Positions 20,874 to 31,638 of a stretch of 64,000 nt of DNA are shown here, in pieces. The position numbers and the translations under genes were made by a program. The stretch comes from an uncultured Spirochaetota bacterium (lineage in GTDB: Bacteria > Spirochaetota > Spirochaetia > SZUA-6 > Fen-1364), in assembly GCA_963781885.1 (NCBI GenBank), contig CAWAHW010000004.1:98139-162138 (forward strand), read 5' to 3'. The stretch's first letter is position 1, and each line of letters opens with the position of its first letter. Under the pieces are notes generated by a model. The model was not told the DNA's origin. It worked only from the letters and a program-made list of their open reading frames with translations, and did no database searches.

Positions 20874-22637
20874 TTGCAGAGCAAGGAGAGCGCCATCGTG
20901 GAGATGCACATGCAGGCGGAAGGGCAGAGCGAAACCGACAATTCCGTCACGCTGGGGCTTCTGCTGCGCAAGGATCGAGACGAGCCCAAGAGGAGCGCCG
21001 TGCAGCGGGTGCTCGCCCACCCCCTCACGATAGCGCAGAAGATCGAGGCCATCACGACCATCGACGAAAAGACCGATGCGGCAGGGGTGCTGCAGGCCGT
21101 GCGCGCCGCATCGGCGCAGATCGCGCACAATCACGCGCAGAGGATCGCCCAGGTCATCAAGAATGAGATTGCCACGCGCTCGCTCCTGGGCTTCCTGTTC
21201 ACGGATTTCGCCCGGGTGCAGAAGTTCGGCAGGAGGAAGTATGTGCTGGACGTGCGTCTCCTGCCCCCGCGGATGCGCGTCGATCCACGGCTGGAGGAGC
21301 TGCTCACCACCACGATCCGATCGGTGGGCCGCGACCTCTCGGCCTGCCTGGTGCGCGTCATCGCGCACGGATGGCTTCACCTCACGCCGAAACAGTACAA
21401 CCTGCTCGTGCTCCTGAAGCGTCTGGCCGATCGCGTGTCCGATTTCGATTTCACACGCCTGGACTTGTCCAGCAGGAAGGCCATCGAGAGGCTCCGGGGA
21501 ATCGAGTCACTCTTTCTGATGCTGCATTACAACGCCGACACGCTGCAGGTCATATTCGACGCGCTGCAATTCTTTTCCGAGAAGCAGCACGAGCCCGAGA
21601 GCGAGAATACGCGTGTCTTCGGGCTCATTCTCCAGCTCCTCACCGAGGATTGCACGGTTCCTTCCCTCTCCAACTGCATCCTGGGTCTCAACATGAGAAA
21701 GCATCGACGCTACCTCTCGCTGCGGAATCTCATGCGCGCGGACCTGGGCGAGATGGTCCACGTGGAGTTGTTCGACTTCGATTCCTCCATTCGCGCACGC
21801 GTGGAGAAGCGCATCGACGACACGCTGGAGTCCCTGCACGTGCTCCACGACCAGCTCCAGGAGGCGCGCCTCACCAGCAGCTACCTCGCGGTGGACGCGC
21901 AGGGCAGGCCGGACACGGGGGCTCTGAAGGAGCTCTACGAAGCGGGGACGGGCCGCGAATCGGATGGCTTCGACGAGGGCCAGGAGAATCTCGTCCTCTT
22001 TGTCTCGCGTCTCCTGCGGAGCTTCGACAAGGTCTTCTCTTCACTCCTGAACGGGAAGTGCGTCGTGGAATCGGTGGGGCGCGTCGAGCTTTTCTCCCCG
22101 TCGTTTTTCGCGCTGGACTTCACGAAGCTCAGGACCATTGCGGACAGGCTCGATCAGGAGCTTTTCCGCTACTCCCGCTTCCCGCTTTCGCGTTATCTCC
22201 GCATCAAGGAAGGACGGCTCCAGGCAATCGGGACGGAAATGGAGGTGAGCCAGCACATCCAGCAGGCCGTGGTGTGCCTTGCGGATCTCGGCAGGACGGT
22301 CATGAAGATCCTGAGCCTCCGCGTGCCGGCGCCGGCGCATGCGGAGGTGCGCGAGCCGCTTCAGCCGATCATTCTCCATGGCAAGGCATTCTCCATCGCC
22401 CTTGAAAACAGCCGTATCCAGGCAAAGTCGCTGCTCGGCGGTCTGACCGTCGGGCACGCCCTCCGCCACGCCGTGACGCTCTGCTTTTTGGCGGGCCTGC
22501 TCCTGCAAGATGATTTCGTCGCCATGCTACTCACCCGGGAGAAAAGGCTCGAACAGGAGCTGCGCGGGCGGCTGAAATCGCTCGCCGGCATGCTGGACCC
22601 GGTCAGCTACGAAGAGATCGCGTCGATCTACGCATGA
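20874..22637 (+). CDS. Hypothetical helical cytoplasmic protein (587 aa)
   Basis: Long uninterrupted ORF with host-like codon usage; no recognisable motif. Confidence 0.7.
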   Translation: MQSKESAIVEMHMQAEGQSETDNSVTLGLLLRKDRDEPKRSAVQRVLAHPLTIAQKIEAITTIDEKTDAAGVLQAVRAASAQIAHNHAQRIAQVIKNEIATRSLLGFLFTDFARVQKFGRRKYVLDVRLLPPRMRVDPRLEELLTTTIRSVGRDLSACLVRVIAHGWLHLTPKQYNLLVLLKRLADRVSDFDFTRLDLSSRKAIERLRGIESLFLMLHYNADTLQVIFDALQFFSEKQHEPESENTRVFGLILQLLTEDCTVPSLSNCILGLNMRKHRRYLSLRNLMRADLGEMVHVELFDFDSSIRARVEKRIDDTLESLHVLHDQLQEARLTSSYLAVDAQGRPDTGALKELYEAGTGRESDGFDEGQENLVLFVSRLLRSFDKVFSSLLNGKCVVESVGRVELFSPSFFALDFTKLRTIADRLDQELFRYSRFPLSRYLRIKEGRLQAIGTEMEVSQHIQQAVVCLADLGRTVMKILSLRVPAPAHAEVREPLQPIILHGKAFSIALENSRIQAKSLLGGLTVGHALRHAVTLCFLAGLLLQDDFVAMLLTREKRLEQELRGRLKSLAGMLDPVSYEEIASIYA

Positions 22638-25177
22638 GGCTCGCTCTCTCCGGCGGTCCGATTCAGCCAATCCGCAACCCATACGAGCGGGGCGTTCCAG
22701 TTGATTGCCACCTCGTTCGTCGAGAATGAGCCCAGGACATCGAGATAGCGCTGTGCGATGGGCGTACTTGAGAAGCCGGCAGCGCTCGTCTCGGGGTCCT
22801 CGATGTTTTTGTCAGGACCTCCCGTCAGGATGCCCGGAGGCGGTGCGGGGTATCCCGCCTCGGGATCATTGGCCCAGAGACGGTGATGCGGATGAGCGGC
22901 CGCATAGGCGCCGTAGCCGGTGACGAAGCTCCTTCGCAGGGCGTTGTCGCCGAGCAGGTAGTCCATGGAACGGACCACACCGTCGCGATACACGGGCTTT
23001 TTCGTCACGTCGAAGGCGATCGCCAGCACGATCGCGTTGTTGAGGATATTGCCGTTCGAGCCCCAGACGTAGCCGTCGGCGTCGATGGGCGCTCCGTAGG
23101 CGCTCTTGCCGGCAATCGCCAGATAGCGGTCGGCAGCGCGGACGATCTGCGTCGTCAGGAGCGCACGGTCCGAGGCGGCGATTTTGGCCTGGGGGGCGGA
23201 GATCAGCGAGATCGCGCCCAGGGCGGCCGTATCGCTCCAATCCATGGCGTGCGGCTTGCCCCCATCGAGCCCGGGGACGGCCTTCCAATACGGAGATGAC
23301 GACAGCCAGTCGAGATAGTCGCGCTCCCCGGTCGTGGCGAGGAGCTCGGCCGCTGCCCAGAAGAACTCGTCCGACACGTCCGCGTCCAGGTAGTTGCCTC
23401 CCCCATCGCCGGGGACGTTCCCCGCCAGGAGGCCGGGGTTCTCCCTGGCCGCCTTCCACGCGGCGCGGGCCGCGGTGAGGCAGCGTTGCGCGAAAGGCGC
23501 ATCCAGGGAGGCCCAGAGACGAGCAGCCTGGGCGGCAACGGCAGCGAGGTTCAGCGTGGCGGCGGTCGTCGGCTCGTAGACGAAGCGGCCCCAGGACCAT
23601 CCGTCCTTCCCGGTGATGTTGTTGTCCATTTCCGAGATGAGAGCGCTCGGCACGGCAGACCACGTGCGGTCATGGAGCTTCTGGAAGCACATCCCCGCGA
23701 GCTTCTGTCCGGCGGGAATCTGCATGTTCAGCATGAACTCGAGCTCCCAGCGGGCCTCGTCGAGGATGTCGGGCACACCATTCCCGCTTTCCGGAATGCC
23801 GAGCTGCCCGTCCGTGAAGCTGGCGGGAGCCCGTTCGTACGCGTTCTGCAGGGTCCAGACCGAGATGCCGCCGTTGACGACGTACTTTCCGAAGTCGCCG
23901 GCATCGTACCAGCCGCCCCGGCCGTTTACCAGGAAGCCGTATGCGTCCCAGGACTTGCCCTGGGCGTCCTTGCCGGCAAAGACCGCGACCTGCGCGTCCG
24001 TGAGATGTCCGGCCTCCCGGGCCCAGGCCGCGCCCGCGTACTCAGGCGTGATCGCAATGCCGCTGCGGCTTCGGTAGAAAAACTTGAGAGCGTCCTTCTC
24101 GAGGCCCGAGAGCATGTCATTCCCGATGCGGAAGGTCGGGCTCTGTCGATCTCCAATGACGATGTAATAGCTTCCGCTCACCGTGAACGAGGAAAAGTCC
24201 GCTGCCTGGGGAGCATCGCCCGAAACGGGATCGAAGGGGCGCGGCTCAGTGGTCCCGCGGGCGACCTCTTTGCCGCTCGTGGCGTCCACGAGCGACCAGG
24301 GCAGCGGTTCCCGACTCAACACAGGGACGGAGGCGACCTTTTTTCCGTACGGGAAGTAGCCGAGCTGGTTGATCGCAACAAGCGGCTGCACGGGTGCAGC
24401 CGGCGCGGGCTTCTGAGTCTGGAGCACGAGCCGGCTCGGCTGCGGGACGTCCGTGCTGCCGACCTTGAAAAAGAGGGCACGGCCGAAGAGGCTCGGATTC
24501 TGCCACGAGTTGTCGCCCGTGTCGGCCAGGGACCAGATCAGCTTGACGTTGCGGTCCTTTGTGGAGGCGCCGTTCAGTTGGGCCTGGAATCCGATCTCCT
24601 TGCCGTGGGAGGGCGCGTCTTTCGGTCCCAACGCTATCGCCCCTTCGAAACCCCAGCCATCCGCGGTCTTGAAAACCCTGGCCCGGAGCGGACGAACGGT
24701 GAAGTTGTTTCCCGAGACGTTGATCCTGGACAGGTCGGTGTTGCCAATGTCCAACGGCGTCACCCTGTATTGCGCAATGTCGCGGAGGTACTTTTTCGAG
24801 CCCAGGTCTCCCGAGAGGTTGACGTAGAACTCCATGGAATCCTCGTTCCACGTGTCAGCCCTGTGCGCGCCCGCGATGATGTTCTTGTCCTTCGCGAGCA
24901 TCAGGACATAGAAGTTGGTCTCGTCTGCTGCCACGGCGAAGCTGAAGGAGCCATCTTCGGCGCTGTCCCGGGACTTCATCGGGCCGCGGTCGACGGTCTG
25001 GACCGGGATGCCTTTCCAATCGTCCAGGGAGCCATCCAGCACGATGGAAACCGGGAAGGGCACGTAGACCGCCGTCCCCGTGATCTCGCTGGGCGCAACG
25101 GCCTCCTGCGCTCCCAGCGATAGTCCCGCTCCCCAAAAGCAAATGGAGACGAAGGATGCAGCGATGAACCTCTTCAT
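22628..25177 (-). CDS. Exported GH9 endoglucanase with N-terminal CBM9-like and Ig-like domains
   Basis: LDGSLDDW (CBM9-like), INQLGY, GGWYDAGDFGKY, GDGGGNY, HPHHR, STNEVAINWNAPL. Confidence 0.9.
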   Translation of the reverse strand: MKRFIAASFVSICFWGAGLSLGAQEAVAPSEITGTAVYVPFPVSIVLDGSLDDWKGIPVQTVDRGPMKSRDSAEDGSFSFAVAADETNFYVLMLAKDKNIIAGAHRADTWNEDSMEFYVNLSGDLGSKKYLRDIAQYRVTPLDIGNTDLSRINVSGNNFTVRPLRARVFKTADGWGFEGAIALGPKDAPSHGKEIGFQAQLNGASTKDRNVKLIWSLADTGDNSWQNPSLFGRALFFKVGSTDVPQPSRLVLQTQKPAPAAPVQPLVAINQLGYFPYGKKVASVPVLSREPLPWSLVDATSGKEVARGTTEPRPFDPVSGDAPQAADFSSFTVSGSYYIVIGDRQSPTFRIGNDMLSGLEKDALKFFYRSRSGIAITPEYAGAAWAREAGHLTDAQVAVFAGKDAQGKSWDAYGFLVNGRGGWYDAGDFGKYVVNGGISVWTLQNAYERAPASFTDGQLGIPESGNGVPDILDEARWELEFMLNMQIPAGQKLAGMCFQKLHDRTWSAVPSALISEMDNNITGKDGWSWGRFVYEPTTAATLNLAAVAAQAARLWASLDAPFAQRCLTAARAAWKAARENPGLLAGNVPGDGGGNYLDADVSDEFFWAAAELLATTGERDYLDWLSSSPYWKAVPGLDGGKPHAMDWSDTAALGAISLISAPQAKIAASDRALLTTQIVRAADRYLAIAGKSAYGAPIDADGYVWGSNGNILNNAIVLAIAFDVTKKPVYRDGVVRSMDYLLGDNALRRSFVTGYGAYAAAHPHHRLWANDPEAGYPAPPPGILTGGPDKNIEDPETSAAGFSSTPIAQRYLDVLGSFSTNEVAINWNAPLVWVADWLNRTAGESEPHA

Positions 25178-25320
25178 GGCTCCTGCTCCTGACTTCGATC
25201 GATTCAGCGCAGCTCTTTGTACCATGCGATTTTTCTGGCATCAATGATGGGAACGAGAAACTGTCTCTGTCGATCAGATCAAGCCCGGTCGCGCTGACGG
25301 CATGACGCCTCCGCGTGCCG

Positions 25321-26614
25321 TCAGGCTTCCACGACCTCCATGGCAATGCGCGCCCAGTCCCAGAGTCGGTCCGGTTTGTACATCACGGTGGAGATGTCCT
25401 TCATGATCACCTCCATGTGGCTGTCTTTCGCCCGGTCCAGGACATCCGTAAGCGCCGAGCGCGCCGTGCCCGGGTTCCAGGATTCCTCGACGAAGATCGC
25501 GGGGCTCGGCTTGAAGCTGAGCACGTAGTCCCCGGCCACGTCGCGGAGGATGCGCTCCGCGTTGCACCACGGGCTCATGGAGATCTTGCGGAGGTTCGGG
25601 ATGCGGCGCAGGAGCGCGATCTTGCGGTCCAGCGGCTCGCAGCAGCCATAGTACGTCAGCCCCCACCGGGACAGCCAGCGCAGGTCGTGACGCAGCGCGA
25701 ACTCCCAGTGCATCTCCGGGGACACCTCGGAAAATATCTGCGCGTTGGAGCAGCCCCACATGTTCTTCGGGAGCACGCGGGACGGGTCGAATCCCGCGCC
25801 GGGCAGGTCCCATGTGTATCCGTACCCGCCGGACCCGATTCGGGTGTTATTGCAGTCCAGCGCGAGGAGGTTCTGCTGCTCGAACTGGTCGAGCTCCACC
25901 ATCCACGCGTCCACCATGCGCTCCACCGCCGCGTTGACCATCGCGGGCCGCTCCACCAGGTCGATCATCGCCTCCTCGAGGCCCCACCAGCGGATGAGGT
26001 AGTCCCACGGCGTGAACCAGATGTGCGACTGCGCCGTCTTGCGGACGGGCATGATGCCCCGGAAGAGATCCTCCATGGCGGCAAAAGTCACGTCCGTCGT
26101 CTGCACGTCGTGCGTGACCACCGGGCATGTGGATCTTCTCGATGTCCGCCTCGGTCCTGATCTGCACGTGGAAGTGCCGGGAGACGATGTCGTTTGCCGC
26201 GTCGGTGCGCGCCACCTCCACGTCTTCCAGGATCCCGAAATCGGTGCTGTGGATGGCCATCGGGCACTCGATGAAGTCGCTCACCACCATGTCGCACGGC
26301 ATGTGCCTCCACTGGTACAGGGTGCGGCGGAGGCGCGTCTCCAGCTCGCGCGCCCAGGGGTCCGCGCAGTGAAGGGTGAGCTCGTTGTCCACGTTCATCT
26401 CGTGCCAGGGGATCTCGTTGATCCAGACCATGGGCCGCATGTTCTCAAGGTCATTGAGGCGTCGCCAGAGTCCTGCTTTTTCCCGGTGCACCGGCAGCGC
26501 CGCGACCGCGGCCAGCTCTGCGCCGAGGCGCTTCAGCGTCTCGCGCTCGGACGCGGAGAGCCGGATCTCACGGATCGAGAGGGGCGGCGCATAGCTTCCG
26601 GGATCGTGCAGCAT
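25321..26614 (-). CDS. URO-D/MetE-like TIM-barrel superfamily protein (frameshift near 26124)
   Basis: WRRLNDL..RPMVWINEIPW; C-terminal YYGCCEPLDRKI..LRRIPNLRKISMSPW; halves join across one indel. Confidence 0.7.
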
Positions 26615-27657
26615 TCAAGCGCTCCTGTACTCGCGGATGGTATCGAACATGGCGAGCACATTTGCCAGGGGCGTCTCAGGGAGAATCCAATCGTGACTCG
26701 CCCCGGCGACGTAGCCGCCGCCGGGCGCCATGATGTCCAGTATCGCCCGCGTGTCGGCGCGCACCGAGTCCGGCGTTCCCGTGATGAGCACGTGATGCGA
26801 GTCGATGGCCCCGTTGAGCACGATGCGCCTGCCGAAATCGCGCTTCAACGCGCGGGGCTCCATGCCCTCGCAGGACGGCTGCAGCGCGTGCACGGCATCG
26901 AGACCCGCCTTGATCATGGGGGGAATCAGCGGGCGGAAACCGCCGCAGCAGTGGAGCATGACCTTCTTCCCGAACCTGTGTCCCAGGTCGATGAGACGGG
27001 ACAGCGAGGGAAGCGCGAACTGCTCGAACAGATCGAGGCCGAGCAGCGGCCCGTCTGTGACCCGAAATCGTTGCCGATGAAGAAGATGTCGATCGCCGAG
27101 CCTGCCGCTTCGAACATGCGGCGGCTCACCTCGGCGTAGAAGTCGGTGATCTTCCGAAACAGCGCCTCCGCGGCGTCGGGATGGTCGTACATGAGGAAAT
27201 ACAGCCGGTCCAGGCCCATGAAATCGATGGCATCGTGCCAGAACGGCGACCAGTCGCCGCCCAGGATTGCGTACCGGCCGTCGTACTGCTCGGCCTCGGC
27301 CCTTGCCTGGCTCACGTCCATCCAGTCAGGGTCCGGCCAGGCGTAATCGAGGATGTCTTTCAGGCTCGACGCGTGCGCCAGCGGATGCGACAGCGGCTGG
27401 CCGTAACCGATGCCCGTCCGCTCGATCCCGAAGGGACTCTTCCACGTGGCCCCGGGCGACAGCCCGAGGTCCGGGCCCGCGTAGCGCGCGCTCACCCGGC
27501 GGAAATCGTCGCCAAGACGGACGCGCAGTCCCTCATCGTCCAGACCGAGCTCCGCCTTTGCCGCGTCCCAGAATGCCGGCGACGCGCCGCACCAGGCCGG
27601 CACCCGGTCGGGCTCGCGGTGGGCAAATGCCGTGAGCACTCGCTCGCGCGACGTCAC
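26615..27657 (-). CDS. URO-D/MtaA-CmuA superfamily protein (frameshift near 27060)
   Basis: MTSRERV....REPDRVP, GNDFGSQTG, LHCCG, GGGYVAGASH. Confidence 0.85.
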
Positions 27658-28835
27658 GGGCGGGCGCTCCCCACGTCGGGCTCATCACACTCCTCCAGTG
27701 ACAGCGGGTAGCGGCCGTGCGTGCGCGCGAGGTTCACCACGTACTCATAGCGTTCCGCGCTCACATTGGTGGGCACGGAATGATCCGACTGGAAGATGTA
27801 GCCGCCGCCGCGTGCCGCGTTCAGCTTGCGCAGCACCTGACGCCGCAGCTCCGGCAGCGGCGCATTGGCCCATGCAAGAACGTCCATGTTGCCGCAGAAT
27901 CCCATGCGGTGACCGTATTTCCGGCGGAGATCCACGACGTCCAGGCCTGATTTCGCCTCGAGGGGATTGTACGCGTCCAGACCCATGGCGATGAAATCGT
28001 CATAGATCAGCGTCGCATTCCCGCACCCGTGGTAGATCACCGGCAGGCCCGCCTCATGGCAGATGCGGATCTGCTCCGCGACGATGGGACGGAAATGCCG
28101 CCGCCAGAAGTCGGGGGAAAAGAGCATCCCGTTCACGTAGGCCACGTCGCCCCAGATCACCATGCCGTCCAGCAGCCCGGCGCCGGCCTTGATCTGCGCC
28201 TTTGTCATCTCGATGAGAAACTCACCGACGCGCTCGATGAAGCGTCCCAGCTCGTCGGGGTAGAGGCCGATCCACATCATGACGTTCTCTGTCCCCACGA
28301 TGCGCCAAAGCTGCTCGTGACCCTCGCAGATGCTGCCGTACACGGGGAAATCCGGGTGGAGCGACTTCACCGTCTCGATCCATGCCGGGCTGTTGCGCGT
28401 GAACCCGTCGCCGACACCGGCGATCTGGTTGTCACCCGCCGCGTGAAAACGCCGCTCGTCCCAGGGGTCGTCGAACCGGAAGGCTTCCATCTTTTCCAGG
28501 GAATCAGTCTCGAAGCCGACATAGTCCGGCATCGGGTCGGCGAACTTCTTGCGGATGATCGCCTCATACCCGGTCCGCACCACCACTTCCTCCTGGTTCT
28601 CCCGGACGATCTCGAAGGGCTTGATGTGCGGATCCATATTGGGAGTCGTGACCTCCCAGTCCAGGTCATAGTGGCGGTAGATATCCGCATCAGCGGGCAG
28701 GCCGAGCTCGGCGCGCCACCGCGCCAGGAAACCGCCCCAGAAGAAGTCGCTGACAGGGACCCTGTCCGACTCCCGGTGATGCAGGGCGGCGTCCATGCGC
28801 GCGATCTTCCGCAGGCAATTGTCGCTTCGCGTCAT
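27654..28835 (-). CDS. URO-D/MtaA-CmuA superfamily protein
   Basis: HRESDRVP, WGDVAY, YHGCGN, GFCGNMD, GGGYIFQSDHSVP. Confidence 0.85.
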   Translation of the reverse strand: MTRSDNCLRKIARMDAALHHRESDRVPVSDFFWGGFLARWRAELGLPADADIYRHYDLDWEVTTPNMDPHIKPFEIVRENQEEVVVRTGYEAIIRKKFADPMPDYVGFETDSLEKMEAFRFDDPWDERRFHAAGDNQIAGVGDGFTRNSPAWIETVKSLHPDFPVYGSICEGHEQLWRIVGTENVMMWIGLYPDELGRFIERVGEFLIEMTKAQIKAGAGLLDGMVIWGDVAYVNGMLFSPDFWRRHFRPIVAEQIRICHEAGLPVIYHGCGNATLIYDDFIAMGLDAYNPLEAKSGLDVVDLRRKYGHRMGFCGNMDVLAWANAPLPELRRQVLRKLNAARGGGYIFQSDHSVPTNVSAERYEYVVNLARTHGRYPLSLEECDEPDVGSARP

Positions 28836-28849
28836 GTCATTCTCCGCGA

Positions 28850-29173
28850 TCAATCGAGATGGAAGACTTCTTCCATCTCGGACCACCACTCCCCGGGGGA
28901 TCGGTTGTCCAGCGGCTTCTGCATCGGCTCCATGATCGCCCACCACTCCTGCGTGCGGGGATCCGCGGCCATCTTCGCCATGTCCGCGTCGTAGTCGGAT
29001 CCGACGTATTCGAAGTAGGCGAAGAGCAGGTCGTCCTTCAGGTAGATGGAATAGTTGCGGATATTGCACGCGGTGATCGTGGCCAGGACGTCCGGCCATA
29101 CCTTCGCGTGGTGCCGTTTGTAGGCGGCAAGATGTTCGGGTCGAATCCCGATAAGCTGTCCGTGCCGGATCAT
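28850..29173 (-). CDS. rhaM: L-rhamnose mutarotase family
   Basis: YKRHHAKVWP, IRNYSIY, TQEWW, WWSEMEEVFHLD. Confidence 0.9.
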   Translation of the reverse strand: MIRHGQLIGIRPEHLAAYKRHHAKVWPDVLATITACNIRNYSIYLKDDLLFAYFEYVGSDYDADMAKMAADPRTQEWWAIMEPMQKPLDNRSPGEWWSEMEEVFHLD

Positions 29174-29298
29174 GGGGACCTCCCTCCCGCGGGCCGGAAA
29201 CAGCCGCCTCCCGAACGCCGCGGAATACGCGGGCACGCGTGCCGCCCGAAGGCGGCACCGTGAGGGGAAGGCGGCCCTCAATCAGGACGAGGTCCTGC

Positions 29299-30504
29299 TT
29301 ACCACTGGGGCGGATAGAACTTGGCGACGTCGGCCGCGGTGATGACGTGCTGGGCCAGGTTCTTGCGGATCGCGAATCCCTTGCCGTTAAACCAATCCGC
29401 GGCGGTCTGTGCGGAGAGCGCGCCATCGCCTTCGGCGGTCTGGTAGGTGATCCCGTAGAGCTTGCCTGCCTTCACCAGGTCCATGCCCTGCTTCGAGTTG
29501 CCTGCCGCCACAACAACGACATCCGTGCGGCCGGCCTTTTCGAGGGCCTGCATGATGCCCAGTGCCTGTCCCGAGTCATCCGCTGCGCAGATCCCCTTGA
29601 GGTCCGTCCCGTACTTCGTGAGCCAGTCGGATACGATCTGCATCGTAGCGTTGGCATCGAAGGTGGCGGGAGCGGGTGACGCCATGGCGAGGGTCTTCAC
29701 CTCGGGGGCGTAGGTGGTGAGCTCCGCCGCCGCATTGTAGGAGCGCGCGAAGTAAGGCGATCCGCCCGGTGCATGCTGAACGTAACACACGCCGATGCTC
29801 TTGGCGCCCGGGTTCTGCTTGCGCAGCTGGTCGGCCCAGGCGCGCGCGAGAAGGCGGAACTGTCCGAAATCGTCCGGCCCGGTCCAGCCGAGGGAGTAAT
29901 TGAGCGCCTCGTTGTCCGGCAGCGTGTTGAACATGTGCAGGGGGATGCCGGCCGCGTTGATCTTGCGGGCCTGCTGGATGCCGGCCTTGGCGTCGAGCGG
30001 GATGAGAAGGATCATGTCCGGCTTCGCCGCGATGGCCTGATCGATGAGCTGGTTCTGGACGTTCAGGTCCCAGTTCGGGGAGAGGGCCTTGAAATTCCAT
30101 TTGTATGCATCCGCCACCTTCTTGGCGCCGAGGATGCAGGCCGTGGTCCAGGGATGATCGCCATGGACGATCATGATGACCGTTTTGCCAATGGCGCCGT
30201 CACCGGGCGATTTCGGGAGGTTCGTCGGGGTGACCTTCCAGCCCGCCCACTCCATGTCATAGAAGTGCATGACATTGGTCATGGGGAGCGCATTCGGGTC
30301 CGCGGGCCGGGCCGGCACCGCGGCGGGGGCGGGCGCGGACGAGACGAGCGGCTGACCGTCGGCGGACTGCAGCACCCTCGTGTCAACGGCGAGCGAGGCC
30401 TTCAGGTTCGCCTGTTGGGCGGCCGTCAGGGTCTGGCCGAAAGCCGGCGTGACGAGCGCCACAAGGGCGAGCACGACCACAAGGAACGGGAGTCTTTTCA
30501 TCAA
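29299..30504 (-). CDS. Monosaccharide ABC solute-binding protein (RbsB-like) with N-terminal extension
   Basis: Signal peptide; periplasmic binding protein type 1 pattern. Confidence 0.85.
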   Translation of the reverse strand: MMKRLPFLVVVLALVALVTPAFGQTLTAAQQANLKASLAVDTRVLQSADGQPLVSSAPAPAAVPARPADPNALPMTNVMHFYDMEWAGWKVTPTNLPKSPGDGAIGKTVIMIVHGDHPWTTACILGAKKVADAYKWNFKALSPNWDLNVQNQLIDQAIAAKPDMILLIPLDAKAGIQQARKINAAGIPLHMFNTLPDNEALNYSLGWTGPDDFGQFRLLARAWADQLRKQNPGAKSIGVCYVQHAPGGSPYFARSYNAAAELTTYAPEVKTLAMASPAPATFDANATMQIVSDWLTKYGTDLKGICAADDSGQALGIMQALEKAGRTDVVVVAAGNSKQGMDLVKAGKLYGITYQTAEGDGALSAQTAADWFNGKGFAIRKNLAQHVITAADVAKFYPPQW

Positions 30505-30591
30505 ACTGCCTCCTTACATATTTCCATCCGGTTTTCGCCCCCCTGTCACGGTACTCCGTGACGTTGGGCGTCCCGGAAATGGTCCGGTGGT

Positions 30592-31638
30592 TTACGAGCC
30601 CGCGGCTTTCCTTCCGCGGGCCGCCGACGCGCGCTCGGCAAGCTCTTTCATGAGCTCGGGCCGCTGCCCGAGGCTCTTTTCATGCCGGTAGACGGCATAC
30701 GCCTCGTAGAGGACGACGTAGGCCAGGATGAGGCCGGCGAAGAAGATCTTCACCTCGTTGCCGAGGCCGAAGAGGATGATTCCCGTGTACAACATCTCGA
30801 GGGTCATGATGGCGACGATGCTCCGCAGGACGCCTCCCTTGCCCCCCGACATTGCGGTGCCGCCGATGATGGTGGCCGAGATGACGTACATGAGCGAGTT
30901 GTCGCCAAGGTTCAGCGTGGCGGAGGTCGAGACGAGGACCGAGACGACCCCGCCGATCGCGGCCATCGCGCCCGAGAGCACGAAAGCGGCAATCAGGTAG
31001 CGGTCCGTATTGATGCCCGCGAGCCAGGCCGTCGTGCGGTTGCCGCCCACCATGTAGAAATTACGCCCCGCCCTCGTGCGCACGAGAATCAGCTCGATGA
31101 CGATCACCAGCGCGAGCATGATGACGATGCGCGGCGTGACGAGGGGCAGGAAGTTTTTACCGAGGAAATCCGAGATCGCGAACGCCTGGTCGTTGGAGAC
31201 GCTGATCGAGTTGCCGCCCGAGAACTGGTAGACCGTTCCGCGGAGGATCGTCATGGTCCCCAGCGTCACGATGAAGGAGTTGATCTTTGCCTTGGCCACG
31301 AGCACACCGTTGAGAAGCCCGACGAGTGCGCCGCCGAGCACGGCCACCACGATGGCTGCGGGAAAGCCGAGGAGAGGCTCGAGGCCGAGGGCGAGCGCGC
31401 CGGAGAATGTGACGACGCTGCCGATGGAAAGGTCGAGCTGGCCGCAGATCATCACCACGGTGAAGCCAATGGCCGCCGTCGCGTTCAGCGCGATTGCGTT
31501 GAGGATGGCGGTGAAGTTGGAGACGGTGAAGAACTTCGGCGCCAGGAGGGACATGAAGGCGAAAACGACGACGAGGAGGATGTAGATCCTGTACTTGTCT
31601 CCCAGGGCGAGGAGGTTGTTTCGTGCCGCCTTACGCAT
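30592..31638 (-). CDS. Monosaccharide ABC permease (RbsC-like)
   Basis: GQLDLSIG, FIVTLG, IIGGTAMSGGKG. Confidence 0.92.
   Translation of the reverse strand: MRKAARNNLLALGDKYRIYILLVVVFAFMSLLAPKFFTVSNFTAILNAIALNATAAIGFTVVMICGQLDLSIGSVVTFSGALALGLEPLLGFPAAIVVAVLGGALVGLLNGVLVAKAKINSFIVTLGTMTILRGTVYQFSGGNSISVSNDQAFAISDFLGKNFLPLVTPRIVIMLALVIVIELILVRTRAGRNFYMVGGNRTTAWLAGINTDRYLIAAFVLSGAMAAIGGVVSVLVSTSATLNLGDNSLMYVISATIIGGTAMSGGKGGVLRSIVAIMTLEMLYTGIILFGLGNEVKIFFAGLILAYVVLYEAYAVYRHEKSLGQRPELMKELAERASAARGRKAAGS

Noticed and set aside
27654-29426. 590-aa ORF suggesting a fusion across rhaM
   Set aside because: The upstream part overlaps rhaM in another frame; the URO-D-like domain starts at 28835.
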